From the NCBI RefSeq assembly GCF_036321535.1, contig NC_087437.1, positions 101,868,001-101,932,000 on the forward strand: a stretch of 64,000 nucleotides of DNA. The letters run 5' to 3'. A program made the position numbers and the translations under genes. Shown here in pieces: positions 14,780 to 27,359 of the stretch. Positions within the stretch are counted from its first letter, which is position 1; the number at the start of each line of letters is the position of its first letter. Origin of the DNA: Camelus dromedarius (lineage: Eukaryota). The notes below the pieces were generated by a model. It was not told the DNA's origin. It saw only the letters and a list, made by a program, of their open reading frames with translations, and made no database searches.

Positions 14780-15750
14780 AAAAGAATAAATATTTAAAAA
14801 AATATATTATAAATCATGTATGACTAATACCAAAATTACTTAAAAGTAAAAAACTTTGCAAATCAATCACATTAATAAATGTTAACACAAAATTCTAAAC
14901 AAAACATTAGAAATCTGAAGGTAGCAAAGTAAATATTTATTTTCCATGTCATAATCATTATGATACAAATATAAGAATTAATTTAAAAAATCTATAATTT
15001 AATCAAACTAATAAGCTAAATAAAATCATATTGCAAAACTAAAACATTAAATATATATGTGTTAAATTATTTTACATAAAATCATACAAATATATTCTAT
15101 AAAGTATCTATTTTATTTATGGCAAGATATTCACAATGAAATGTTACGATGAAATTCAGTTCAAAAGCATGGATAAGATTAATGAATAATACTCTGGAAA
15201 TTTGAGCCAGTGGCAAAAGACAAGCAACACAAATACACATAATTGAATGGAAGTGTCAGGATTTTGTTTGTATAAATTCTATGACTATCTATTTACAAAA
15301 TATAAGAAATGCAACTGTAGGCAATTAGTTCTAGAAATTATGTTCAATAAGGTGATCAGGCAAGTTATATATACATATATGTACACACACACACAATCTT
15401 TTACATATATGCAGAAAACTTTACCTTATGAGTAGTTATAGTAAATGTGCAGGGGTCATTTGAAGAGTATTATAAAAATTTACTTATGGAAAAAAAAATT
15501 AGATAAGCGGATACAGTGGTATACAATGAGTGGTATTGCCAAACAATCTATCGTAATTCAGACAATTTCAACCGAAATACCAATGTGACCTTTCATTTGT
15601 AGTAACCTAACAAAATTACTGTAACAATCATCTGAAGTAACAAAACCAAGAGAATAGCCAAAAAAGGTTTTCAAGAATAAAAACACTGATTGAGGTTGAT
15701 CATAACCAAACATAAAAAATACTAAAAATCTACAGAATGTAAAATCACAT
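14780..15750 (+). mobile_element. Highly degraded old L1 ORF2 fragment
   Basis: A-rich, with L1-like pieces such as 'aaaattctaaacaaaacattag' and 'aaaaccaagagaatagccaaaaaa'. Confidence 0.5.
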
Positions 15751-15999
15751 GGTGCAGGAGTGAAATATCTTTATTTCATTATCTATTTTATTTCTTACCA
15801 CTATCTTTATCTTTGTTTTATGTTTTTTAACATTTTCAAATCTGTTAATTATGGTTCTGTATCTATAAAAGGCCACAGTGCTTTGTCTTTATTTGTTGTA
15901 AATTTGAAGCCAATGTACTCCTCTAATATTAATTATGTAAATATTCCTTATGGAAGGATCAAATTATTAAGTCCATTTTCTTTATTATTGATAAAATAG

Positions 16000-17340
16000 C
16001 ATGAATTCTGGGACTCTGACAGAATGTTCACAGTTTAAAGGTTACCTTGATATTTTTCCTTCTTCTTTTTTTATCTAACACACTTCACTCTGAAAATCCT
16101 GCCATATTTTTGTTTGCTTTGAATATGGATTAACATTTTCTTTTATGCCATTCTGTCTGTATGTGTGGGTGCATCTGTGTGGGTGTAGGTGATGTTTCTA
16201 AATTAACTTTGTTGTTTAAAAAAAAATGATTTGCCCTATTTTCACACTTACACGGATTTATAGGTAATGTAGCATATGTTTAGCAGTATCCTGATTTCCT
16301 TCCTATAGACATCTCTCCTAGTGTCCTCTGTCTTCTGCCTCTAAACTGAACTATTTACTCGCCAGGGCTGAATTGAAGCTACTGCTCTGGAATCACCCTC
16401 TTCACTGTTTTTGACATGGAAGCCACTATCTCCTGTTTCTCAGATAATTTCCCTTGATGTCTTTGACTTATTTATTTCATTTTCATAGATTTTAATAAAT
16501 CTACATGGAGACCATTTCTGTCTCAAAGTCTGAAGGGTCGTTCCACTGCTTTCTAGCAAAAGGACTTGCGGATACAAGATTGATGCCAAAATGACAGGTA
16601 TTTCCTTGCAAGTGATATGAATCACTTGGGCTCTCTTCATTTTTCTAGATGTGAGATTCCATAGCATGTTTCCAGGGTCAGATTATCTGACAGAGTACTC
16701 AGTGGACCCTTTGTCTCAGAAAGAGAGCTATTCTTCAAGTGTTCTTTGAGATGTTATTTTATTATTTGGTTGACAATTTCTGTTCTTAAAAGTTCTTAGA
16801 TTCTTATTTTCAGGTACTGTACTTTCAGAGCAATCTCTATCTCTTATCATTTCTCACATATTTCCTTATTTTAATCTTTGCTTCTAATTTTATGAGAGTT
16901 TACCTGAATATAGTTTTCTGTCCTTTTGAATCTTTGGTTTTCTTGTCAATCATAGTTTTTATTTTAATTAACTCTACATTCATCTAATTTTTTTTGTAAT
17001 ATCCTTTTATCCTATATTTCTCTATTTCTTATATTATTATATATCTATATACTAAAGAGTATACAGCATATCCCTTATATATAGTTTAATCTCTCTCTTA
17101 GGAAGCTTTTCTCATGTATTTTTATCTATAAATTATATTTTTCCATATCTATAACCAGTCTTTATTTTAATTTGTTCTTTGTTTAGCTGCTTACCTATCC
17201 TTCTATCTTCCTGTCTTCAATTTTGTCTGGTTGGTTGTCCTTTCATATTTAGGAATGGAGTACTAGATTATTTACTTTAAAATAGTAAAGTGTCTTTCTT
17301 CTGCTTTAGTCTATAAAAGTCTGTTTCCTTAAGGGCATCT
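16000..17340 (-). mobile_element. Old L1 (L1ME-like) ORF1-region fragment
   Basis: T-rich, with 'ttccactgctttctagc...gattgatgccaaaatgaca...tttccttgcaagtga', typical of antisense L1 ORF1. Confidence 0.5.
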
Positions 17341-17844
17341 TAAAAAAAAAAAATCTAACTGGTGCCACCTCCCCCATACACTGTATTTCATAAATGTTTA
17401 CCATGAATGACCCACAGATATCATAAAAACCTTTGCTCTCCTTTGAAGCTTGTATAATTTCTCTAGAGAATTGCCTTATACCTTTTTGATTCCCCTGGAG
17501 TTAAATTCCTCACTTGATGTTTTAATCTTTACATTTATAGACCACCCATCAACCTTACCTGCCAAATTACTGCGAGTCGCCTCTGGTATTTCAACCTGGA
17601 CAGTGATATCACATTTCCTTTTAGTGTTATCTAAGCTGTAGCTGCTTCTGTTCTGCTTATATTTAAACAATATTTATCAATATTTTATATTCATGAATAT
17701 AATTAAACTCATTTATCAATGTTGAAGGGTCATTCTCTCCCAAACCCTTATAACCTCTTTACTGTTACGCTATTCTTACTTAAGTCATTCGGCATTGTTA
17801 TTTAAATCGGGGTATTGGGAAAAACGGGCATTCATATGATCTTT

Positions 17845-18001
17845 TTTAAATTTATTTTATTTTTTATTTTTATTATTTAATTTTTGGAGAAGAGGGAGGT
17901 AATTAGGTTTATTTATTTTTGGAGGAGGTACTGGGGATTGAACCCAGGACCTTGTGTATGCTAAGTATGCTCTCTACCACTTGAACCTATCTTCCCCGCC
18001 A
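17845..18001 (-). mobile_element. tRNA-derived SINE (camelid Vic-1-like) with an 11-bp target-site duplication
   Basis: Antisense tRNA-like head 'ggtactggggattgaacccaggacc...ctaccact' and body 'ggaggtaattaggtttattta'. TSD ATATGATCTTT at 17834-17844 and 18002-18012. Confidence 0.9.
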
Positions 18002-19592
18002 ATATGATCTTTAACTCATTGGTTGAATTGTCTTAGATTTCAGTGTGTCTAACATATAAAATTAATTTCATGTGAGCTGTATATATACATTCCAAACTTA
18101 TGGTTTACTTATATAGCTGTGGAGTTCAATCTTAATTAATTATATTAATATAAATATTTTGCTTACCAACAATATATAAAATATATTTTGTACTTTAAAG
18201 GATTTTGTGAAGATTAAATGTTCTCAATAAACATTAGTCCTAAACATTGGTAACTATTTTATTGCTATTCAATTGATCTGAATTCAACATAAACAAATTA
18301 TTGCTAATTATATTTTAATCTGACTCTTGGGGTTAAAAAGCGTTCACTTTTCTGAAAATCTAATCTAAGAAACTATAATCAAGTCTTTAATAATGCATGG
18401 TGATATATCTGATATGAGCTATTTACATAGTTGAACAGTAAAAACAACAACAACAACAAAAACACCATCAAACTAAGCAGTAAGAACAAAACTTCGGTAG
18501 GTTAGTTAGTAAAAAGACATGTCCTAAAGAAGTAACCCATTTTAGCACGTATTTGTGTAACTGTTATACACTAGACATATATAGATTTTTTCTTCTTCAA
18601 AGTCACTAACAGTTTATTTGTAATAAATTAGACCAGTTATACCAAGTTACACTTAGACTAAGTAACAAATGTTTCCATTATTCTCTTTTCTATATATTTT
18701 ATATTTAAAATGTTTATTTTTACTGTTAAATACATATTTATATCCATTTTTGATATTTTGACCCATTTGGTTGACCCACTGTGACTTCTGGTTAAGTAAA
18801 TTTCTGTTTTATTTTGTAATAAATGGCAGCATTTTTGAATAAACAAAATTAGTCAAACTTTGAATTTCTTAATACTTTGCTTGGCTTTTATATTTTTTTC
18901 CATCCTATGACAATGTTCTCACATAATAAGAAAAAGAAAAGTTGTTTTTTCCTGTTTACCACAGAAAGAGGTTGACCACAACTGGATTGAATCTAGAAAT
19001 TCTAATATATACTCAACTCTTAGAAATAAATTTTGTTTCAAGCATTTTATTTCAAAATAAAATTCACTTTGAAATCATGAAGATTAAAGATATTTTAAAA
19101 TAATATATTTCATGAATCTCTCCTATTCAGTGATTGATTTTTAATATATTTTTGGAAATATATTTAGTTTTTTTAATAAATATTGTCAATTATGATCAAC
19201 ATTATACACTGGACAAGAACGCATGTAAAATTAACACTGTGTTATGTAGCAGAAAGCTTCAAATGAATTAAATAAACAATATCTTACATCTCATATGTCT
19301 TTAAGCTCATTGTTATATTAAACTCACTGTACCTTTGGAGGGGCATATAAGGAAGTGATAGAAGATCCATGTGTTCATTTATAAAACACAGTGCAAGTAA
19401 CTTTTGCTTTTATAAACTAGGTTAATTAGCCTTGGACACAACATATTGCTATCCATAAGAAATAAATAAAAAGTTACACAGTTAATAACTCTATTTCTAA
19501 TAATCTATTTTTTGGTTGTATAACTCCCATTATAATTTATGTTTATCACAGCAATGTAAACTTTGATACTTACAAAACAGTTCTCCCAAATG

Positions 19593-20815
19593 CAGGTCTG
19601 AACCATAAACCTCTTAGAAGAAAACATAGGCAGAAAACTCTTAAACATAAATCAGAGCAATATTTTTTTGGATCTGTTTCCTCAGGCAAAGGAAATAAAA
19701 GCCAAAATAAACAAATGGGACCTAATTAAACTTAAAAGCTTTTACACAGCAAAGGAAACAATCAACAAAATAAAAAACCAGCCTACTGAATGGAGAAAAT
19801 ATTTGCAAATGATATGCCTGATAATGGGTTAATACCTAAAGCACATAAATAGCCCATATAACTCAACACCAAAAATAAACCCAATTAAAAAAATGGCAAG
19901 AAGACCTAAATAGACATTGTTCCAAAAAAGACATACAGATGGATAACAGGCACATGAAAAGATGCTCAACATCTTTAATAGTCAGAGAAATCCAAATCAA
20001 AACCACAATATCACCTTACACCAGTAAGAAAGGCAATCATCAAAAGGATCACAAATAACCAATGCAGGTAAGGATATGGAGAAAAGGGAACCCTAGTACA
20101 CTTCTGATGGGAATGTAAATTTGTGTAGCCAATGTGGAAAACAGTATGGAGGTTCCTTATGCAGTAAAAACTGAACTACCATATGATACAGCAATTCTGC
20201 TCCTGGGCATATGCCTGAAGAAAACAAAAATACGAGACAGAAAAGATACATGCACCCCACTATTCATAGTGGCCTTATCTATAATAGCCAAGATATGGAA
20301 GCAGCCTAATGCCCATCAAAAGATGAATGGATAAATAAAATGTGGTATATATACGACAGAGTACTACTCAGCCATAAAAAAATAATGAAATTTTGCAATC
20401 TGCAACAACACGGATGGACTTGAAGGGTATTGCACTTAGTAAAACAAGTCAGAGAGAGAAATACAGATACTGTATGGTATCACATATATGTGGAATCTAA
20501 AAAATAAAACAAACGTGAATATAACAAAAAAGAAGCATTTACAGTAACAGAGAACAAACTAGTGGTTACCAGTGGGGAGAGGGAAATAGAGAGGGGCAAG
20601 AGGTGGGTAGGGGATTAAAAGGTACAAACTACTGTGTAAAAAATAAATAAGCTATAAGGATATATTGTCCAGCACATAGAATATAGCCAACATTTTATAA
20701 TAACAATAAATGGAGTATAAAGTTTAAAAATTCTTAATCACTATGTTCCACACCTGAAACTTATATAATACTGTATATCAAATATATCTCAATTAAAAAA
20801 ATTAAAATAAAATAA
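19593..20815 (+). mobile_element. 5'-truncated L1 (ORF2 C-terminus, 3' UTR, A-tail)
   Basis: Encodes '[21 protein letters not shown]' and 'ENSMEVP...KTELPYD...CTPLFI'. L1 3' UTR and A-rich tail follow. Frames are disrupted. Confidence 0.95.
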
Positions 20816-21256
20816 ACTTCCATTTTTGACAAATGCAATGGTTACAGACTGGATCCATATAGTAAATATAAACTGAAGCCTGGGGCTATGCAAATTTCTC
20901 CCTAAATTAAAGAACGCTAAAATCTTTTTCTCTGTCACTCATTTTTTTTTTCCTTCAGCTTCCTTAGTTTCTTTATTTACTGTATTTCTCAAGTTGTCCA
21001 ATTTATGTTTATGGTGAAAATCTAAAAAAAAAAAATCAACTACTGTGACTGATGTCACCACTCACACATTTTAAATGACATATACTGAAAGGACGACAAG
21101 CTGAAGAGTATCATCTGTGCAGCAACATGATTTTTGTTGGTGCGTAAACATCTCTCTCCCAACTGTAACAGACACTACACTTACCCAAATTCCAGCTGGC
21201 ACCTCCGAAAGGGCATAAAGACATATTTACAGAGTGATATAGAATCACACTTAACA

Positions 21257-21313
21257 CTGCTGGTAGAAAGGTTCTGTTAGTATAAAGGTTCTGCTGGTAG
21301 AAAGACTCTGTTA
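21257..21313. repeat. 17-bp tandem repeat, about 3.3 copies
   Basis: ctgctggtagaaaggtt / ctgttagtataaaggtt / ctgctggtagaaagact / ctgtta. Confidence 0.85.
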
Positions 21314-21573
21314 TTTGTATTTCCTACAAATTATATTTTATTTAAGGGCTTCAAGGTACTCTATGCTGTGGAATCTAGAGGAATCTTTGAAAGGATGCTT
21401 AAGTAATTTTTCAATATTTACCTTATTTCATCTTTGGCATTTTACAGTCAAAATAATTGCATTAGAAAACCTCATTTTTCTTATCTTTTTTTTTTTTTTA
21501 CACTATCCTAGTCACTTGATCATTTTTTAATCTAAAGATTCAGGATACATTTTAGCTCTTAGAGTTGGTATTT

Positions 21574-21605
<32 letters not shown>

Positions 21606-21631
21606 TATAATATAATATAATATAATATATA
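21574..21631. repeat. Compound (TA)n(CA)n(TATAA)n microsatellite
   Basis: Read directly. Confidence 0.9.
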
Positions 21632-22572
21632 TTGCTCTCTACTCTCTAGTTTTCTTCTGCGGAATTCTACTTATATACGTGCCTTTATGTATTTCTTCCA
21701 CAAGTTTTTTTTTCGGTCACTTGTTCTGTTCTCACCCCCTTCATTTAGAAACATCTCAGGATATTTACACACCAGTTGTTCTATATAATGTTTATTTTCA
21801 CCAGTCATATATACATATACATATGCATACATAGAATCCTTTTTTCTTTAATTTTCATTGCTCAGAATATCCTATTTGTTATTTGAATGTATTAAACTCT
21901 CAGTATTTTTTTTACTAATATTAATCAACAGTATGATGGTGATTTGAGAGTTTTTTTTTAATTGCTGTTGTTTTGTTTTTGCTTCCTGAATTCTATGTCC
22001 TTCTGCTGTTTTTTATCAGATATTTGAAGGTCCCACCACATTCATGCTTCTACTGTCTTTTCTTGTATCCTTCCAATTCTATTTCGCTTCTCTCCTCCAA
22101 AATTTTAAGTCACCTCTGTTTTATGCCTCACTTCCTCCTAAATTCTGCGCTTTTCTAAAAATACCTTTTATTGTTTGCACTTCTGCACAGTGCTAGTTTC
22201 TTATGAAAGATACAGGGAATACATGTGAGCCTTGACTGTCATCTTAATTTAAATGTTCTACGTCTAGAAAACAGATAAAGGGCAATACAATCCTCGTCTA
22301 TCTATCAAATTAAAGCTAATAATTTATGGAAGATGAATATGCAGTTACCCTAGTATAAATTTTATATGGTTTATGTAAGTATACTTACCTAGTGACTTAG
22401 TCTATAAAGAAATGTCAACATTTTAGAAGACCCCAAATATGGGGGAATATAAGTTGTAAGATACTGTTTAAAAGTAAATAGTAAAATAAATAAAATATAC
22501 ATTAACAAACAAAAAGAAAAAATTTTGTTTGATACCAATGATCAATTCTATGCCATTAAAAGATGCCTCTTT

Positions 22573-22736
22573 TGTGGGCTGAATTGTGTACACCCACAAA
22601 TTCATATACTCCAGTTATCTTAAAATGTGATTTTAATTAGAAATGAGGTCCTTGGAGATATAATTAGTTACGATGAGGCTGTTAGAGAGGGCCTTAATCC
22701 AGGATGACTGGTGTCCTTATAAAAGGGGAAAATTAG

Positions 22737-22784
<48 letters not shown>

Positions 22785-23009
22785 GAAAATACCATGTGAA
22801 GACTAGAGCTCTCCTGTCACAAGCCAAGGAACTATGAACTTCGGAGACAGGTCTGGAACAGATCCTGCCCTAGAACTTTCCAAGGGAGCAAAGCCCTGCC
22901 AACACTCTAATTTCAGACTTTTGGCTTCCAAACTGTGAGATAATACATTTCTGTTGTTCTAAGAACAGTTTGTGGTGCTTTATTGTAGCAGCCCTAGGAA
23001 ACTAATACA
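22573..23009 (+). mobile_element. MaLR solo LTR (MLT1B-like) containing an expanded (CA)n
   Basis: Starts 'tgtgggctgaattgtg', contains 'atgactggtgtccttataaaagggg', ends 'gcagccctaggaaactaataca'. (CA)n lies at ~22739-22782. Confidence 0.9.
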
Positions 23010-23109
23010 TCTTCCTTGTCTTCATGGAATATTGCCCTTGTGTTTGTTAATTCATATTTGCTAGTTTTTATCTCATTGCTGTTAAGATAAAAATATTATT
23101 GATAAATGC

Positions 23110-23550
23110 AAAGTGGTACATGTTCTGGCATCTGCCACCACCTCCAGCTTTATCTTATAATCTTCCAGGACTTAACGCTACCCTCTGCTCGCTCCAGCCA
23201 CACTGGCTGCTGGTGCTATTAGTGATTCTGCATCTTCCTGTCATGGTCACCATCATCGTCTGCTCCTTGAATGGGCCTTTCTTTTTCCTGTTAGAGAGTC
23301 TTTTCATATTTTTTTTTAATTGCAGTATAGTCAGTTTACAATGTTGTTTTTCTCTGCTTAGAAAAATGTCTTCTCTTCCCACTCGTTTCACATAGTTAAC
23401 TACTACTTATTAATTTATTGGCTGAATTCTTGGTCAACATCTACAAACTTTTCAAGAGCAGAGAGCTGTGTCTGTTTTCACTCATCACTGCATTCTCACC
23501 TATCAAATGCGTTCTCACTATCAAATGCGTTCACATAAATAAATGAATCA
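23110..23550 (+). mobile_element. L2 3' fragment interrupted by a tiny antisense L1 tail
   Basis: 'ctctgctcgctccagccacactggc' and 'gagcagagagctgtgtctgttttcactcatcactgcattc' are L2-like. Confidence 0.6.
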
Positions 23551-25849
23551 AAGAGAAACATTAACTGTGGTAGCTGAGATCATAGGAGTAGATGCAATCA
23601 AATTACTTCATTTTGGTTACATGGACTTTGAATTCTTTATGTGTGAACATAAACATACTCTAGCTCAAAGGAATAATACCTGATAAATTCACATCATACT
23701 TTTTATGACCCTCACTATTTCAATACATGCTCTTTAAATCTTAAGAATAAGCTGTGAGATATGTATAACATCCCTCCCCACAAATACATTTTTTTTCTGA
23801 TGAAGAAACTGAGCATCATTAAAATAAACTGCTATGATCTTACTGACAGCTATCCTATTATAATATTGTGTCATGGGCTACAATTTTAGTAAATATACGA
23901 TAAGGCTTTGTATTCACAGTAGTAGGAGAAAGTTTCATATTTGAACAATGTTTGAGGAAAGAAATTATTTTTCAGGAAGTGATTTAAGAGTAGTTGGAGA
24001 TAATCCTAAAAACAAGAGTGGAGTTAGTATTCAAAATTGGCACTTCCTTTTGAATCATCCTCACCAGCGAGCTTCCAAGAGTGAACATTTCTCATTTCAG
24101 TGATTGCCAGATATATTCCATGTTTATGTCAATGAAGTCAACACATGAAAAGTACTTTAATCAACAGCCTACATTATTGAATTAAAAAGAGCGTCTCTTA
24201 TGAGGACCTTCTAGTCTCTTAAATTCACTTCTACCTGAAATTTTACTTACTTTGTATTTCTAAATCAATCACTCAGAAACTGCAAGTGCACATCATCTTT
24301 CATGTTCCTTTCTGGTCTAGCCATTTTTCTGGATGGTGATTTCATGCTTCCGTATTTTGCTGTCACATATGCTTTTGGGGGTAAAAATAATATCAGCAGC
24401 AGATCTGGGGTCATGTAAGATCAAGACAGAATAAAGATAGCACATATTTTTGAGGATATGGATGGGAGGTATCAGAAATTCCTAACTTATTTGATTCCTC
24501 TAAATATTTATGCTTCAATATCCAGGCTTCTTGTGTTTATAACCAGAGGAGCCTAAGGCAGAAGAGAATTCAAGTTGGGCAGCAGTTAAGAAACATATGA
24601 GAGCACTATTTGGACCAAGTTATCAGCAGAACTCAGAGCTCTGGCTACACCAGGAAATATTTCAGCAGCAACAACAGTATTTGCCAATTTTGTGTGCTTA
24701 TTATACTTCAGGCCATGTTTAAAATTTTCACATGTATAAATTGTTTAATTTAAATCATATTTTCTTATCTACTTATAGATACAATATAAAACTAAACAGG
24801 CTTGACTCCTGCTGCAAATTATTTAGTGAAATTTAAAACTCTTATTCTTATTTTTTCCATAAAGTGCTCTAAATCTTCAGCCAAAAAGGAGTTTGGTTAT
24901 CTCAATCCCAACTGATGAACAGCAAAAACTTTATTAAGTGCATTATCAACACAAACTATGGACCACCAGCCTGTCCTGGCTCTGGGAGTCCCTACAGTCT
25001 GCTGCTCAGGGCTATGCCTCAACCACCTCAATATGCCCTGTTTGTAGCCTTGTTCTGGAATCCCTTTTTGGGTAACTTTTGCTTTTCTGACTCTGAGGAA
25101 CAAAGAGAAACAGAGATCATTTTACAGAAAGTGAAAAGCCATTGTTACCTTAAGTTTGGGTGTTAACTGGAGTTAGAAAACTACAAGGGATCGAGTTATT
25201 AGGACCAGCTTTGTTATCTATTCACCTTTATCAATTGGAAATGTGCTTCATTCTGCACGTTTCCTAACACTTTACTTGTTAGCCCCTTCATAATTCTTGG
25301 TAAAAATCCCAGAAATACTAAGTGCAAACTTCTGAACCTTGATTAGGCTATTATAACCTGGGTGATTTCAGTTAGGTGGGAAGCTGGGAATAGTTACAGC
25401 AGTGATGTACTTGTCCATAAAATTAACATATGATTTGCATGATTCTATTAGTGTCATTGCTCTTCTTTAAGAGATAAAATCCAACTTTAAGATGTCATCC
25501 TTACTGTGAAATTAGCGATAATTATTCTCTATTTCCAAAATTACATTTCAAAAGTAGTGAAACTGTTAACATTTAAATGAATTTTACACATATCACCAAG
25601 TATCAACTAAGGGTGAATACTGTGCTAGCCATATAGGATACCAAAATAATTAAAATACAGATATTATCCACGTGATACATGTGATAAGTGTTTGTAGTCT
25701 AGAAACATTTATAATGCTATCTGAGGTTATTCACCATTATAAGCTTTTGTCCCCCTTGTGTTACTGCCACCTACAGAAGAATAATGAGACAGAGTACTGC
25801 ACAATAAGTGATGGAAAAGAGATGTGGTTCATAAAGCAGTAGCTGGAAG

Positions 25850-25913
25850 AGGCAGAGAGGGAGAGAGAGAGAAGGAGGGAGAGACAGGGAGAGAGACAGG
25901 GAGAGACGGGGGG

Positions 25914-25960
<47 letters not shown>

Positions 25961-26033
25961 GGAGAGAGGGAGAGAGGGAGAGAGGGAGAGAGGGAGAGAG
26001 GGAGAGAGGGAGAGAGGGAGAGAGAGAGAGAGA
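25850..26033. repeat. Polypurine microsatellite, (GA)n/(GGGAGAGA)n
   Basis: About 180 bp almost purely purine. It accounts for the low-complexity ORFs at 25771-26086. Confidence 0.95.
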
Positions 26034-26136
26034 CTTTTGTTTTGGTAATGTTCACAAATGATCTGAGTTAAAAGTAAAGAAAACAAAACTAATCAGAATG
26101 GAAATGGGGAATTAGAAACAGATCCATGTGACAAAA

Positions 26137-26480
26137 TGCCTTTGTTCATTCAAGCTGCTATAACAAAAATAACACAGACTGAGTGACTTAAAAAACAAAC
26201 AAATATTTCTGACATCTGAGAGGTCCAAGATGAAGGAAGCTTCAGATTTGATGTCTGGTAAGAACCTGCTTCCTGGTTCTTAGGCTGCTGCCTCCTTGCT
26301 GTCCCCTCACTTGGGAGGGAAGGTCTGTGGGGTCTCTTTTGTAAGGACCTTAATCCCATTCATGAGGGTTGTATTCTCATAATCTAATCACTTCCAAAAG
26401 TTCTACCTTCAAAACCATTACGCTGAGAATTAAGTTTTAATATATGAATTTGGGGGACGTAAACATTCAGCCTAAAATGC
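26137..26480 (-). mobile_element. MaLR solo LTR (MLT1A/MST-like)
   Basis: 'gctgctataacaaaa', 'gtccaagatgaagg', 'taatcccattcatgaggg' and 'tatgaatttgggggac..aaacattcag'. Confidence 0.85.
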
Positions 26481-26949
26481 ACAAGATACAAAGATAAGCA
26501 AAGATCAGTATGAACACACACGAATATTTGTGAGTTGAGGAGAATAGCAGGTTAGTAAATATTGTGGGAGGTAAGGATTTTATATCCAACTCAGTTACCC
26601 TTCTAACACCAAGAACACTAGAGGACAGCAACAAGTTGTAAAATGCTACACTCAGGGAATACACACTGGGCCACAATTCTTTCTTGAGACTCTACAAAAG
26701 GATGCCCTTCATCAAAAAAAGAGATAATGGAGGAATCAGTGGCAAAAGGAATGATGGCTAACATTTCGTATAGTTAAAAGTAGTTCTAAGTGTTTTAAAG
26801 TGTATACATATATGGAAGAAAAGTACATAATATTATATGTTCTGAAAAATAAAAATTAATGTAACAAAGGGAGATGAGAGAAAGAAAAACTAAAGTAGTT
26901 TAAGCACACTATCTGATCCATAGGAAATAGGTGGGAGTCAAAAATACTC

Positions 26950-27170
26950 AACAATGCAGTGTTACCAACTATAATTACCATGGTATGCATTAGATCTTCA
27001 GACCTTACTTTATAATTGAAATTTGTACCTTTTTACCAAACTCTCCCTATTTCTTCCAACCACTAGCCCCTGGCAACCACTTTTCTACTTTTTGTTTTAA
27101 TATTTCAACATTTTTTTTCACCTATAATTGGTATAATACAGTTTTTATCTTCCTCTGTCTGGCATTAAAC
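26950..27170 (-). mobile_element. L1 3' UTR fragment (L1MA-like)
   Basis: 'cattagatcttcagacctt...aatttgtaccttttt...agcccctggcaaccac'. Confidence 0.7.
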
Positions 27171-27359
27171 TTGACTAACCAGACATTCAAAGGCTAAACA
27201 AGATAACAGGAGCCTAAAGACAATTTTAAAAGGTATAAGAACAGTGGTAACTACTAGAGCAAAAATAGGAATTTTCTTAAATATCAAAAGTATTTAAAAA
27301 AACATGTAAGAAGTCACACTGTATAGAGAAAGAAAAAAAAATTATTGTATAATAAGCAT

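Noticed and set aside
21257..21313. CRISPR-like repeat array
   Set aside because: Head-to-tail tandem units with no spacers, in a mammalian context.
23492..23535. Direct repeat ttctcac(c)tatcaaatgcg x2
   Set aside because: A simple local tandem duplication within a decayed L2.
25771..26086. SL-rich and ER-rich ORFs
   Set aside because: These are translations of the GA microsatellite.
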